Shown here: positions 52,475 to 64,000 of the stretch, piece by piece
Layout: every line of letters begins with the position of its first letter
Numbering within the stretch: position 1 is the first letter of the stretch
Notes under the pieces: model-generated
Told to the model about the DNA's origin: nothing
Seen by the model: only the letters and a program-made list of their open reading frames with translations
The model's database searches: none
DNA from: Nemertoderma westbladi
Lineage: Eukaryota; Animalia; Xenacoelomorpha
Assembly: GCA_032718475.1 (NCBI GenBank)
Contig: JAUCBJ010008281.1
Coordinates: 39,553 to 103,552 of the forward strand
Length of the DNA stretch: 64,000 bases
Reading direction: 5' to 3'
Made by a program: the position numbers and the translations under genes

Positions 52475-55400
52475 TTAGTAAAGGAAGTAAAATACCATAG
52501 CAACCACTAGTATGGTGACCGTAGCGACAGGGGAAGTTGCGCCGTTGCAAAGATCTTCATTGTCGCAGCAGAGACCGACGACAGACTCCTGCAGGGCGGC
52601 ACAGGCAACCTCTTGGCAGGCCCTTTTCACAATACCAACACTGATTGAGCTCAGCCCGGTACTCGATTCATATTTCTAAAAAAATACAAGACAATAAATA
52701 TATGGCACCTATTCTCCGAAGTTGTTTGGAAGGACTTGCATCTATTCCTAAGGTCGACTTCCGTCGACTTTCTTTTTCTTTAACGTCGACTTCAGTGCAA
52801 ATTCATATATTATTAACAAAAAATTAAATTTATTGTAAGCTGATCCAGCAGCATCAATATTATAATCTGCTCTAATCAAACAAAATTGTATATGTACCAG
52901 TACTACACTACCCAATAAAACAACTTTTTATGTCTCCAAATATTGCAGCTGCTGTAAAATCTTCAGTAAAGATAACTATTACCATTAAACCTAAAAGATA
53001 AAGAAACTGTGTACTTTCTGCGATTTCTGGACCTAATGGGGTAGACGACTCGGAAATTTTTTTTCCATTTTTTGTTGGTTTCATGTGAAAGAGCATGTGA
53101 AGAAACCCCAGAGAGCAATTTTACTTAAAAAAAAATAGCGATATTATAGCGATTTTAAAACGCAAAATTTGCAACATCGAAAAATCACGCCGATTCAGAA
53201 AACTGCACGAGTGACGTCAGCCATAACAGAGCAACAGTTGTCAAGCGCTGTTGATTGCGCTAATATAAAGTATAATATTGCAGTATCTAAAATAAAACAA
53301 ATAATAAATGTAGCTAAGTATTTATTTGGATGTGTGTTAAAAATCGATTATATAGGATAGCGGTATGGAGGCAAATTATTCATATCAAGTTAATTATTCT
53401 AGAATAATATTTATTTCGCCCATACCTGTACCGTAGAGCTGTAGCTAAAAATAAATATAGCTAGCTAAATACTGCCAGGCGTTTCATTAATCTATTTTAA
53501 TTGTTTTACAGCGAACAATGCGGGGTAGATTAGCACTAGATGGAAATTATTTAGATTTTTTGTCAGTTCACTGTAAAGTGTTACTGGTACTAGTGTTGCC
53601 CGTGTCACCATTATTCTTCCTTTCATAATAGCTGTTTTTGGTTTGACATCCAAAAATATCAAAATGCCAAAAAAATACCAAAACATAATGTTTTGGGCTA
53701 TAGATTTATGTTCTTGACATATTTTGGCGAGTAGGCTACATGTGAAAAAAAAATGTTTTAAAGAAAATGAAAACAAATGTTTGTGGTAGCTAGTGTTTTC
53801 AATGGAATGTACTGTTTTAAGTAGTTTAAGTGTTAGCTAGTATTTTTTTAAAAGCTAATTAAAATTAAATTAAATTAATTAAATGACAATACAACTCATT
53901 TCAAGGCAATTCAAGTCATTTTAAAAATGGGGGGACGTACGGAACTCTAGCCAAAATTAAAAAATTTACTGTATTGAGGTCATTATATTTAGAAATTAAT
54001 GATATGTTTAGAATACGTATACTGTATAATATTATTTAGCAGACAGCGGGTAATATTTTCTTGCAGCACATACTCACTCAGTCAACCAGAACTAATCGAT
54101 GAGCAGGCTTATGCAACAAATGCTGCAGATGAGTGCTGAAGCGTGGACTTCAATATCAAAGTGTTGTCTCTTCGAAAGAGAAGATCCAGCTGCCAAGATC
54201 CGAGTTGAGTCAACATCTGAGAAGGCCTTGCAGCTTGGGGGCAAATTTCGAAAAACTGTTCAATAATGGCTGAGTGATCCAAGATGACTTCTTTATCGCA
54301 CATCATCACTTCAAGGTACTCTCTGATATCCTTATAGTATTGGTGATACGTATGTTCAGCATACTTTCATTATATGGGATCCCTGATGAAATTATTGCAG
54401 CAATCAGATCAGTATACGATGGTTCGACAACATTTGTGTCTACTGTTGATGGTGACACAGAACCATTTGAAGTGTTATGGGGCGTCCTCCAAGGAGACAC
54501 ACTTGCACCATTCTTGTTCATTATTGTGGTTGACTATGTTCTACGCATGTCCTTAGATCATTATAATGATGATGGGGTGATGATAACTCCACCTACTGGC
54601 TCCAGAAGTCGAGGAAATCCTGCCAAGTACCTAACTGATGGCTTAGGAGTACTCTCAGAATCATTAGAGGGAGCCCAACGGCTCCTCAGATCATTAGAAC
54701 ATGCTGCTTCTAGTGTTGGTCTTTTTATTAACTCCAGAAAGAGCAAAATTTTGACAGTTAACTTTGAAAGTTCTCAGCAAGTCTCTGATCGGATGAACAT
54801 AAGCTCAAAGGATGGTATGCTTGAGCATGTGGACGACTTCTGTTACCTGGGATCATGGATCCGGAAGTCAGGTGAGGACCTTCGAATACGTAAGGGAAAG
54901 GCATGGGCAGCCTTGAATATGCTTTCCAGGATTTGGAAGTCACCGAGAATTAATCGGAAACTTAAGGTCCGATTATTTAGAGCAGCAGTAGTTCCAGTAC
55001 TCCTCTATGGGAGTCCATGCTGGGCTCTAACTGCTGAGGACACCCAATCTCTGGATGGCACATTCACAAGAATGCTACGCCGGGTTCATTGTGTCAAGTA
55101 CAATGCACACATCTCCAACCAGACACTATATAACATTGGAGGTGTCTCATTGGTTCCCCCAAGCTTGACACTAGAACAAAATCGCCTCCGCTTTGCAGGA
55201 CATTGCTTTCGCCGTGAGGACCAGCCAGTGCATAATCTTGTACTTTGGCAGCCTCATGGAGTGAATAAGCATGGTGGACAGCCCATGACTTTCTTGAGAC
55301 GCATCTTAAAGGACACTGGCCTTGAAGATGCGGATGATCTAGCAAATGTCATGGGTGATAGGGAGTTGTGGCGGCGCAATTTTGTCGACAAGCCGGCACA

Positions 55401-57002
55401 GCATTCTTAAAAATGCAGCTACAATGCAGCATGCCGATACTAGTAGTATGTTGCATTATTGTCAGATACCACCATGAATTAAAGAAAGGCGGTTCCCGTT
55501 GACTATCGACGATTGATATCGTATTTTACCAATGCTGCTCCAATTTTATTCCAATACAACATATGGGTTAATATTAACAGCGACTTGAATCGATTTTTAG
55601 CGCAATATACAATATCAATATATATAGGCCTACTGTAATACAATAGCATCATGTTATTACTTGCTTATAGTGCAGGAAACGGATAACGCTAAAATTTGAA
55701 TTTCTTCTGACCGAGTTAGTGAAATTAATTAATATTAGTTGTAAACGGTTTATAGTTAGATGCTCCATAAATTACAATTAATCAAATAGAGTAGTCCCCC
55801 AACAAAAATTTCACATGCATTTTTTTTGCGTTTTAAGTTTGAAAAAAAATTACATAAATACAGTACTTGAAGCATTACATTTAGTATACAGTATACACAG
55901 TATACGTTATAGAATAGTTATTGTGATTCCAATTATTGTACTCTTTAACTCCTGATTCCTACCTTACTCAATGTTAATTAATTTAATTAGCGCAACATAC
56001 AGATCTGTTTTAAGAATTAATTTAACAAACTACAATCGTCATATATAAAATTTCAATATAATTTTGACCGAAAAGTAAAAACCTGATATTCTTCAACACT
56101 GAGTTCTATAAGACAGATAGGGGGGGGGGGGGGGGGGAACTGGACGCAATAAAAACGTATCCCTCTCCAGGGGAAATTCGACGCAAATAACAGCTGATTA
56201 CTCTCAAAAATAAAACTGTAACCTGTTCTAAAGTGTTTAGTTTATTGTTTTCGTTAAAATAACGTGCCACTGTAACCTGCTCCTTTCCCTAAATTGAGAA
56301 TTTAACATTGAGGCGGGATATTAATTCGCCAAGGCGGGTTTTGCGTCGCGTTTCCCCCCCTGTCTCTATAGAGAATATAAATTCTGCTTTGGAGTACGCC
56401 TTGCGGACAGTAAAGTTGCAATAACTATTAATAGATTTTGCTCAAATTACATGCAAACGTTTTCCACTACTACGCTCTTTCAACACATTCATTACAAATT
56501 TATTTCAAAAATGCCACCAAAAAATATATTTTCACATTTTCATACATGAGATAAAAATTACGTCTTTTTATCCCGATTATTCGGTATATTCGGCAGAAAA
56601 ACTAATAAATTAATAATAAAAGTCTTTTTCTTTTATTCCATCATTATTTTTTTCTAATTAAATAATAATAGAAGATAATTTTACATGCAAAAATGTTAAT
56701 TTTAATCAAAATTATATTCGCAAAATGATATTGGTGAATAAATAATAACAGCCTAACTTATGTGTGAAGCCGTGCGGCATTCAATATTATTTATAATACG
56801 AACTAACTTGTACTTCAATTAACACTTCACAGTTTTCATAAACTAAACTTACAGTGCAAGAAACACATCCGCCTTGCTCTGCTGCTCCAGTAATATCAAC
56901 GCTTATTGTACCACTAGTACTGTCTGATGTAGAACATTTAATGAGGGCGCCGCATAAATCAACTGCTACAACAATGAGTAACAAAGCTATTATCACCTTC
57001 AT
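52475..57002 (-). CDS. Ly6/uPAR (three-finger, quiver-like) GPI-anchored protein, 2 exons (56853-57002, 52475-52675), 116 aa
   Basis: Exon1: signal peptide MKVIIALLLIVVAVDLCGA, then LIKC...GGCVSCT|gtaagt. Exon2: ttttag|KYESS...KRACQEVAC...LCCDNEDLCNGA plus hydrophobic tail VATVTILVVAMVFYFLY*. Phase 0 on both sides; diagnostic CC-x4-LCN. Confidence 0.85.
54348..55448 (+). mobile_element. 5'-truncated RTE LINE, antisense in the Ly6-like intron
   Basis: GVLQGDTLAPFLF, FCYLGS, RLRFAGHCFR, short 3' UTR and TAGTAG tail; the FADD motif is deleted. Confidence 0.92.
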
Positions 57003-57439
57003 TGTCTATCGGTTGATGTTTACTTAGTAGCTATTAAGTTATTATTAACCAATATTAATTATACAATGCGTTCTTTATTCTTTAATAAGATTGTATTGTA
57101 TAAGATTGGATTTAATAAGACTGTATTTATATAATGATTAATATACTGTATGTTATAATTTTTAATACAATGTGATAAACTTAAATTAAAGTTTGGCGCA
57201 TAACAATGAAATAACTGGACCTGTAACGTATATACTATAAACCAATCAAAATGGAGATTGGCTAATACTATCTTGGCACTTACTTGTCAACAAAGTAACT
57301 GGACATCTCAGGCCAAATTTAAATGCCAGGCTCCTCTTTCATTCTAATCTACAACACACAACTGCGGCGACCCCGTTTATTGGCTATTTATTTACCTTTA
57401 AGGTGTTATTCATTCAGCTCCGATTGCCTGGGAGGTGAC

Positions 57440-57640
57440 ATCGCGTTTCAGCAACTGTCGCGTTTCGGAAAATAGAGTCGCGTTTCGGCAAAAAAAAGTC
57501 GCGATTCGGCAAAAAGTGGCGATTTGACAAAAAGTTGCATTTCGGCAACTGTCGCGTTTCGAAAAAAAAAGTTGTGTTTCGGCAAAAAGTTCCATTTCGA
57601 CAACAGATATGATTCGGCAAAAAAGTTGTATTTCGGCAAA
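57440..57640. repeat. Degenerate ~20-bp tandem repeat
   Basis: Repeats of GTCGCGTTTCGGCAAAAAA-like units. Confidence 0.7.
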
Positions 57641-58903
57641 AGATAAAGATAAATATTCCTAGATGTGATAGTTCGGGGTTGAATTCAATAATTAAAATTG
57701 TAGTAGTCTTTTTTATGTCAATTATGCAAGGTAGGTACAGTACTAATATTTATTATTTTATTTATTTGAAAGTTTTATTTTCTAATTTCGCACTACCAAA
57801 TCGCCAGGGCGACATATTTTTCAGCTTTATATCGCAGTGCGGCATTATTTCTCAGTATGTCCCTACGCCATACATTTTACTATGTATGTATTGCCAGTAT
57901 ATCCAGTATGTCACGGCGCGATTATTACGTAGTTGTACAAGTTTATATGCATAATTACAAATAATTCCCCACAATTAAATAAAATTAGATTCGCCATTGT
58001 TCATAAATATTATAATCTTTGTTGCGCACAGCTTTGCAAATTCGGCAACGACGTCTAGGTGGGATCGAACTGGTGACCTCTGGGTTGGACGTTATAATGA
58101 TTATAAAAGTTATAATAATATGAAACCACTCATTCACCCAAAACACCAGTAGTAAATTATAAAAATTGTTCATAATTGGCACTTTAAATCTTTTACGGCC
58201 GCAAACGCTATAAAGTACGCAACACTATAAAGTGCTATTTTATGAACAATAACGTATAGCGTTAAATTAATTATTGGTTCAGTAATAACTGGGACTTGGA
58301 TGCTACAAATCTCTGTAATTGCTTCTCTTTATTTATTATCTTTATTATTCACTTAACGTCACTTGTTAAAGCTTTTGCGGCCAAAATGTCCCCATTATTT
58401 GTATTTACACAATGCGCTGGTTACTCTCAAACCCTTGATAAACTCTCAAGAACTTTGTATTTTATGAACTGATGTAAACTTCCTCCCTCCAGCGTTTATT
58501 CTCAGTATAACACTTTCCCCTACATTCCCACAGAAACCCAAATGCTCAGATTATGAAATCGCTATAGCCATTGGATATTATTCTCTTTGTTTACCTTCTT
58601 CTTTGTTAGTCACCATCCAATCAGTATACTTTCCCTCCTACATTACCCCATACACTGAATTACCGGAGCCATTGGTTATGGGTTGATGGCATGGAAACTG
58701 GTCCCTGATTGGGAGTTCTTGCATGTTCCATACATTCCACAGAGTTCGAAATTATTCATGCTTTGTGTACTACTTGACGCAAGAATATTCTTGCAGGCTT
58801 CAGTGTGTGTGTGAGTATTTTATTCACATCCTGACTCTGTGCCCAGAAACACCAGCGGCTAGAAGGATACAGAATGCAAATCTATTATCCATACACACGT
58901 CCA

Positions 58904-59203
58904 CCAACACTGACATACTACATTTGCACAACTCACTGCAACACATCCTGACTGTCTGATATTGCCGCAACACCGCATTTTTATATTGATTTATGCTGTT
59001 ATAATCTGTTGTAAAAAAAATTACAACAGATTATAACAGCATACATCGCATTTTTATATTGATTTATGCTGTTATAATCTGTTGTAAAAAAATTACAACA
59101 GATTATAACAGCATACATCAATATAAAAATGCGGTGTTGCGGCAATATCATACAGTCAGGATGTGTTGCAGTGAGTTGTGCAAATGTAGTATGTCAGTGT
59201 TGG
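58904..59203. repeat. 300-bp near-perfect palindrome with duplicated hairpin tip
   Basis: Left arm CCAACACTGACATACT...CTGTTGTAA and right arm TTACAACAG...AGTATGTCAGTGTTGG; the central ~70 bp is duplicated. Confidence 0.9.
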
Positions 59204-59696
59204 ATTCATATGGATCATATGGATTCATGTTAATAGTTGGAGAATACCTTCAAATAACTGGTAGATCTCTTGGTTTTCATGATCATTGAGGTAAACGGAG
59301 GGGTTTACTATTCGCAATTGCATAGTTCAAATAACCGTGGTTTGTATGAGTTTATGCTGTTTCATAGTCCCCAACATACGTGAGTTAAGTTCTCCCTATA
59401 TGCAAGTAAAATCGGTGACTATTGACAAGTTAGTGTGTTTCAGTACTATTGCCCTTCCTAGGGTTCAATAGGGTCCTAGGGCCCTTCCTTATGTTAAATA
59501 AATACATCCCTAAAGTATGTAAACATTTGCGTTATCTTATGCCCACCCGTTGTAGTTAGTATAAGTCATATTTCTGCATAGTATTTAGAGCGCAACACCT
59601 GAAACGAACTGTCAGTATTTAATGGAAAATAAACATAGTTTTAGAGATTATATAGTAAAGATCAACTGAATAATACAAGGTATCCTACGGCTTGTT

Positions 59697-62600
59697 TGTA
59701 AAAGCTTTTGTGGGATAACTGATACGTTTGCCTTTGCTGGCCAGTTCCCCCCCAGTCGCTAGAATACTCTCAAAGGGATTTATAACTAAAATAGTGCAAG
59801 CTACCAGCTTATTGGCTGATGTGCTGTACGGAGATATCTGGGCTCAGTTTAATCGGCCAACTAGCTTAAGAGAGGTTGCCTTAGCCTTGCTGTTCGTGTC
59901 AGCCAATAGAATTTGCGTAGGCGTTGATTTCGACCTATCCCAGCGCTACTGAACTGAATTTCCTATCTCACTGCTCATCCTCTGTGTTGAACGGGGCTTC
60001 GTGGAATAAGAGTTTTGGTATACTCGTATAGTGGTAGTAGTCATATGATTTTATATGATTCTGTTGTTGTGTTCCCATTTTTCGCCATAACACCGGCTTT
60101 TTGGGAAGAACTCTAGTAAAACTGCTTAAATTATCGAAAGTATAAACTGTTACCTAACTAACTACTTAACGCATCTTAACATACTCACTTAATTTAACTG
60201 CATTAATCATATTGTTTGTACTGTTATTTTACCGTCAGTTATTAATTGTACCTATTTGTTGATGGAAATATTGCTCTTTGGATAATACGGATAAATCACC
60301 CAAAATTCCCAATTTTCTTGATACACTACAGGTTAGAGAGACCGGCTATACATAACAATTGCGATTTATATTAATGTGGTGTGTATTAAATCTAATGTTA
60401 TTTAGCAGACCCTACATGAGTCAATTACTGCTCTCTTTATGTGTGATCAAATATACTGACGGTCGGCAGAATAGTGTGTATGATCGTGATTGGTAACAAA
60501 GTATTTCCTAAAGAATACGCTTTATACTTTAATCATAAGCGGTATCGTTGCGTTTTAGTATAAGTCTTAGTTCTGTTTAAATAAATAGAGCGCCGCGTCC
60601 TAAAGGAACTGTTAATATTTCCCGAAAGCCAATAATATCTGTCAGAGATTAATTATTAACGATCTATCGAATAATACAGTAAGTTTACGCTGCAACCTTA
60701 CACTGCAATAATAAAATTTAAGCATCCGAATTCAGCCTCCCGGGTGTAGATCCATCGGGTGAATGATCGCGCATGGGCTGACTTCGGCTAATGTTTTGTG
60801 TATTAGCATAAATTGTTGTCGTATGCTAAAGGTGTTTTAATTAACTAAAAGACATATAAATTTTGGCAGGTTAAACTGCTAAAGGTCTTCAAAAGCGCGA
60901 ACAGTAACAGTTTATAATCTTATTGCAGTAGGCAATAAGGTTGCAAAATACCGTAGTGACTGGTAAAACTGAACCGGTACTTCTGTAGGTCAGTAGGCCT
61001 AACTGTCATCACCGGTACCGGTACTGCTGTACAAGTACATTTAGTATTATTCGATTTTGATTATTGTATACTGGTAGGTCTTAGTACTTAATCAGGGACT
61101 GCAGCCCTGAATTTTTATTGAGATTTTACCTATTTCTGTCGGTTTTATTTCCTAGTAGGCTAATATTGAGCAGAAGGCGTGTGACCCTGCTCAGATTGTT
61201 CAGATAATTGTAGGCTGAGCTGCTGTCTGACTGTTGTTGAGTTTGGAGAGATTACGGCGTGTGTAGAGTTTGTCTGATAAAGTGCCGTTAGTAAGTTGGG
61301 GCAGCCATATGCGGTAAGGTCAATCCCCTCTTAAAGAATAAGTCGTACTACCGTGTTAGAACGCATACTAACTAACAGTTTCAGAGTCTGCATATACTGT
61401 AGTTTATTTAGGCTTGATCGTAGTCTGCCAGTGTTTTAGCCTGTGTTTGTTTGTGTGGTCTGTTCAGGTACCGTAATAGTTATTACTCAAATATTTGTAG
61501 GCTGGATTGTTGTCTAGCTATTTTTAGGTCTGAAGGGATTGCTGCGTGTGTAGAGTTGGTCTGATAAAGTGCCGTTAGTAAGTTGGGGCAGCCATAAGCT
61601 GTAAGGTCAATCCCCTCTTAAAGAGTAAGTCGTACTACCGTGTTAGAACGCATACTAACTAACAGTTTCAGAATCTGCACATACTGTAGTTTGTTTAGGC
61701 TTGATAGTAGTTTGCCAGCGTTTGGTTTGTATTTGTTTGAGTATTCTGTACGGGTAGCGTAATATTTATTATTCAGAGTTTATGCGATTATTCGCAACAT
61801 TCATGTCCCCAAGTTTATTCCTACAGTAATTGTGCTTGTTATACATACCGTTATAGTTAAACTAACCCCGGTACTACATCAGGGCTGCTCGGCGTAGGTA
61901 AAGACTGGTGACTTTGTGCTTCGGTCACTCCAGCAGATGCCGTGGTTCTTTTAACTGTTCAAGTATATTTAACTACTGATTATTTGTTATACCGGTACTT
62001 GTACCTAATTTAGGGTTTAGTGTACAGTGCTTTCCGAAGTAATTAGTGTAGGCAGTATATTTGTGTTGTAAAGTGGTTGATAGGCACATTCGTTAGCTCT
62101 ATTAGCTTCTGGGTAGGAACAATCCGTGATACATAACGTAGTACCTATAGCGATACGGTTATAGGTCGTCAGGCGGTGGTATTTTCCTATCTGGACAGTA
62201 CAATATATTTACTACTTATTATTTCAAATACCGTAGTACCCTGTCCGTTGTAATAACCAGAATTCTAACCCTTTGTTAGGCTGGTTTGTAGACTTCCTGT
62301 AAAATTACCCTAAAAATTTCGTACGTAATATTTTGTTGTGTTTAATTAGAGAATTAATCTCATCAGTATCGTAAGTAATTTGTAGTATTAAGTAACTTAG
62401 GTAAATTAGAATTATCAGTTTTAGTGTCAAATAAATAGCACTTCACTGAGAGGCGTTCAGCTTCTGTGTAGTGACTCCCCCAGAAATAATAACATTTATT
62501 TCAAATATTGACAAAAACCCATATAAACGGGTATATAAATATTATAAATCAAATCAAACGATTTATAAATAGTAGGCTTGTCATACAACAACTAGGTCTC

Positions 62601-64000
62601 ACTACCAGTTGGACTACTACTTAAACAACGGTAATAAAGTAAGTTAAAGTAGCTAAGTAACCTTAAAATATTCAGAGAATTCAATTATTCTAAAAATAAT
62701 TGACATACCGGTACTCACTATAGGCTTATTATATTTATCTCTATAAATTTGAGCTGAAATCATACCGGTACTCTGTAATTAATTCTAGTTCATAATTATA
62801 CTTATATACTATAAGTGTAAGCTGTATACCGGTATTCACTATAGGCCTACTATATATATATATATATATTTGTGCTAAAATTATATACCGGTACTCTGTG
62901 ACAAATCTAGTCTGTAATAATACTTATATATATTATAAGCATACCGGTATTCTAATATATTGTATATATATCACGTTACACCGAGTAACGGTACCGGTAA
63001 TAAATCGCTAGGCTTGCGGTCATACTGAATTACTAGACTTGCTTTAACTGAAACTATAGTAGTAGACATTCAACTGTATAACTAAACATGTCTGACACTC
63101 AGCAAAACCTGTCAGACAGTCTGATCGATACAACTATTTGTGATTCAGATAGGAGTGTGGAGCGAATAAGAAAGGAGTTCGGCTCACCTCCTACTGTAAA
63201 AAAGGTCATCCCTCCAGTAGTATCAGACCCTAGGCTAGTCCACCATAGGTCCATCATAGGCACTCGGGCACAGGTAAAACGGGACCAAGAGGCAGTTGTC
63301 CTATCGCAGCAACATCTTGGTCAAGAACCTACTTCCCAGCGACCCGATAGCTCCAGCAGTTCGGATACTGTAGAGTTGACTCCCGAACATGGAGTGCAGA
63401 TGGCTGATACAGTCTACTCGGACCCCCTTCTTACTCTTCCTGCTGCAGTGCTAACTACTATATTCATTGCGGTGGAGGAACATCAAGCCGACTGGGCGAA
63501 GAATAAGCGAGCGACCCAAGATAATTACGCGGGATACGCCAGGGAAGAATTGATATCTATTGTTGAATCACAATGGAACTTTCCCGGACTCGGACTCCCG
63601 TTGGACCTGTCCGAGGCTACTTGGGAAGATATACACAGGATGGGAGTGGCACAAGATACAATGGATCCAGCTGTTTGGAAGAGGTCGGCATCAGGATATG
63701 TGCAGGGATTCTTCGGCTCCTTGGACCGATTGGAAGAACAACTGTTTCGACAACCTCAAGGACCTCAAGAGCAGGAAGAGTTACTATATCAAATACGCGA
63801 AAGAACCCTACGCATACGACTAATCCTCTCAGCCTTTGAGGAAACTTCCAAAAGAAGACAAGACACGTCGCTGCAGGTTGCTGTCAAAACTTGGTTACAT
63901 AGGGTGGATCTCAAAGTACAGGAAACAGCCCAGTGGAAATCCCAGCTGGCTGAGAGATCAACCCATGAAGAACCAACTGATGTCACCCTTGCTCAAGCGG
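59697..64000 (+). mobile_element. Second LTR element of the same LTR family, truncated by the window end
   Basis: LTR 59697-60909 and leader to ~63087 are near-identical to element 1, apart from the MITE. Confidence 0.92.
63088..64000 (+). CDS. ORF of the second LTR element, open to the window end (more than 300 aa); N-terminus homologous to the element 1 ORF, remainder dissimilar
   Basis: MSDTQQNLSDS...VVSDPRLVHHRSIIGTRAQVKRDQEA...QRPDSSSSSDT...MADTVY, then SDPLLTLPAAVLTTIF...; no stop found by manual translation. Absent from the ORF track, presumably because it has no stop in the window. Confidence 0.8.
   Translation, partial: MSDTQQNLSDSLIDTTICDSDRSVERIRKEFGSPPTVKKVIPPVVSDPRLVHHRSIIGTRAQVKRDQEAVVLSQQHLGQEPTSQRPDSSSSSDTVELTPEHGVQMADTVYSDPLLTLPAAVLTTIFIAVEEHQADWAKNKRATQDNYAGYAREELISIVESQWNFPGLGLPLDLSEATWEDIHRMGVAQDTMDPAVWKRSASGYVQGFFGSLDRLEEQLFRQPQGPQEQEELLYQIRERTLRIRLILSAFEETSKRRQDTSLQVAVKTWLHRVDLKVQETAQWKSQLAERSTHEEPTDVTLAQA

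Noticed and set aside
52840-53000. Possible degenerate paralogue of Ly6 exon 1 on the minus strand
   Set aside because: In-frame stops and similarity too weak to support.
33128-56137. Several poly-G/poly-C tracts (~33128, ~35088, ~38932, ~56120)
   Set aside because: Common low-complexity homopolymers with no further structure.

Overview
AT-rich animal (invertebrate-like) nuclear DNA, not prokaryotic. 1-12161: about 49 symmetric phase-1 exons each encoding a calcium-binding EGF domain, mostly in near-identical 232-237 bp exon+intron units. The array stops at a BEL/Pao-type LTR element (12280-~24630) that encodes Gag-protease with a collapsed pol, plus a degraded zinc-knuckle accessory ORF. 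The EGF gene does not resume after this element. Three host genes follow: a 3-exon TRPM channel (-), an intronless NAT8/camello-like GNAT (+) and a 2-exon GPI-anchored Ly6/uPAR-type protein (-). Between them lie RTE LINE fragments, SINEs, MITEs, 36-bp and 63-bp tandem arrays, a 300-bp palindrome, and a tRNA-like Pol III head fused to a minimal hammerhead ribozyme (46531-46629). A second element with near-identical LTR and leader but a different ORF body starts at 59697 and runs off the window. All coordinates and comparisons were read by eye; family assignments come from recalled motifs, not database searches.
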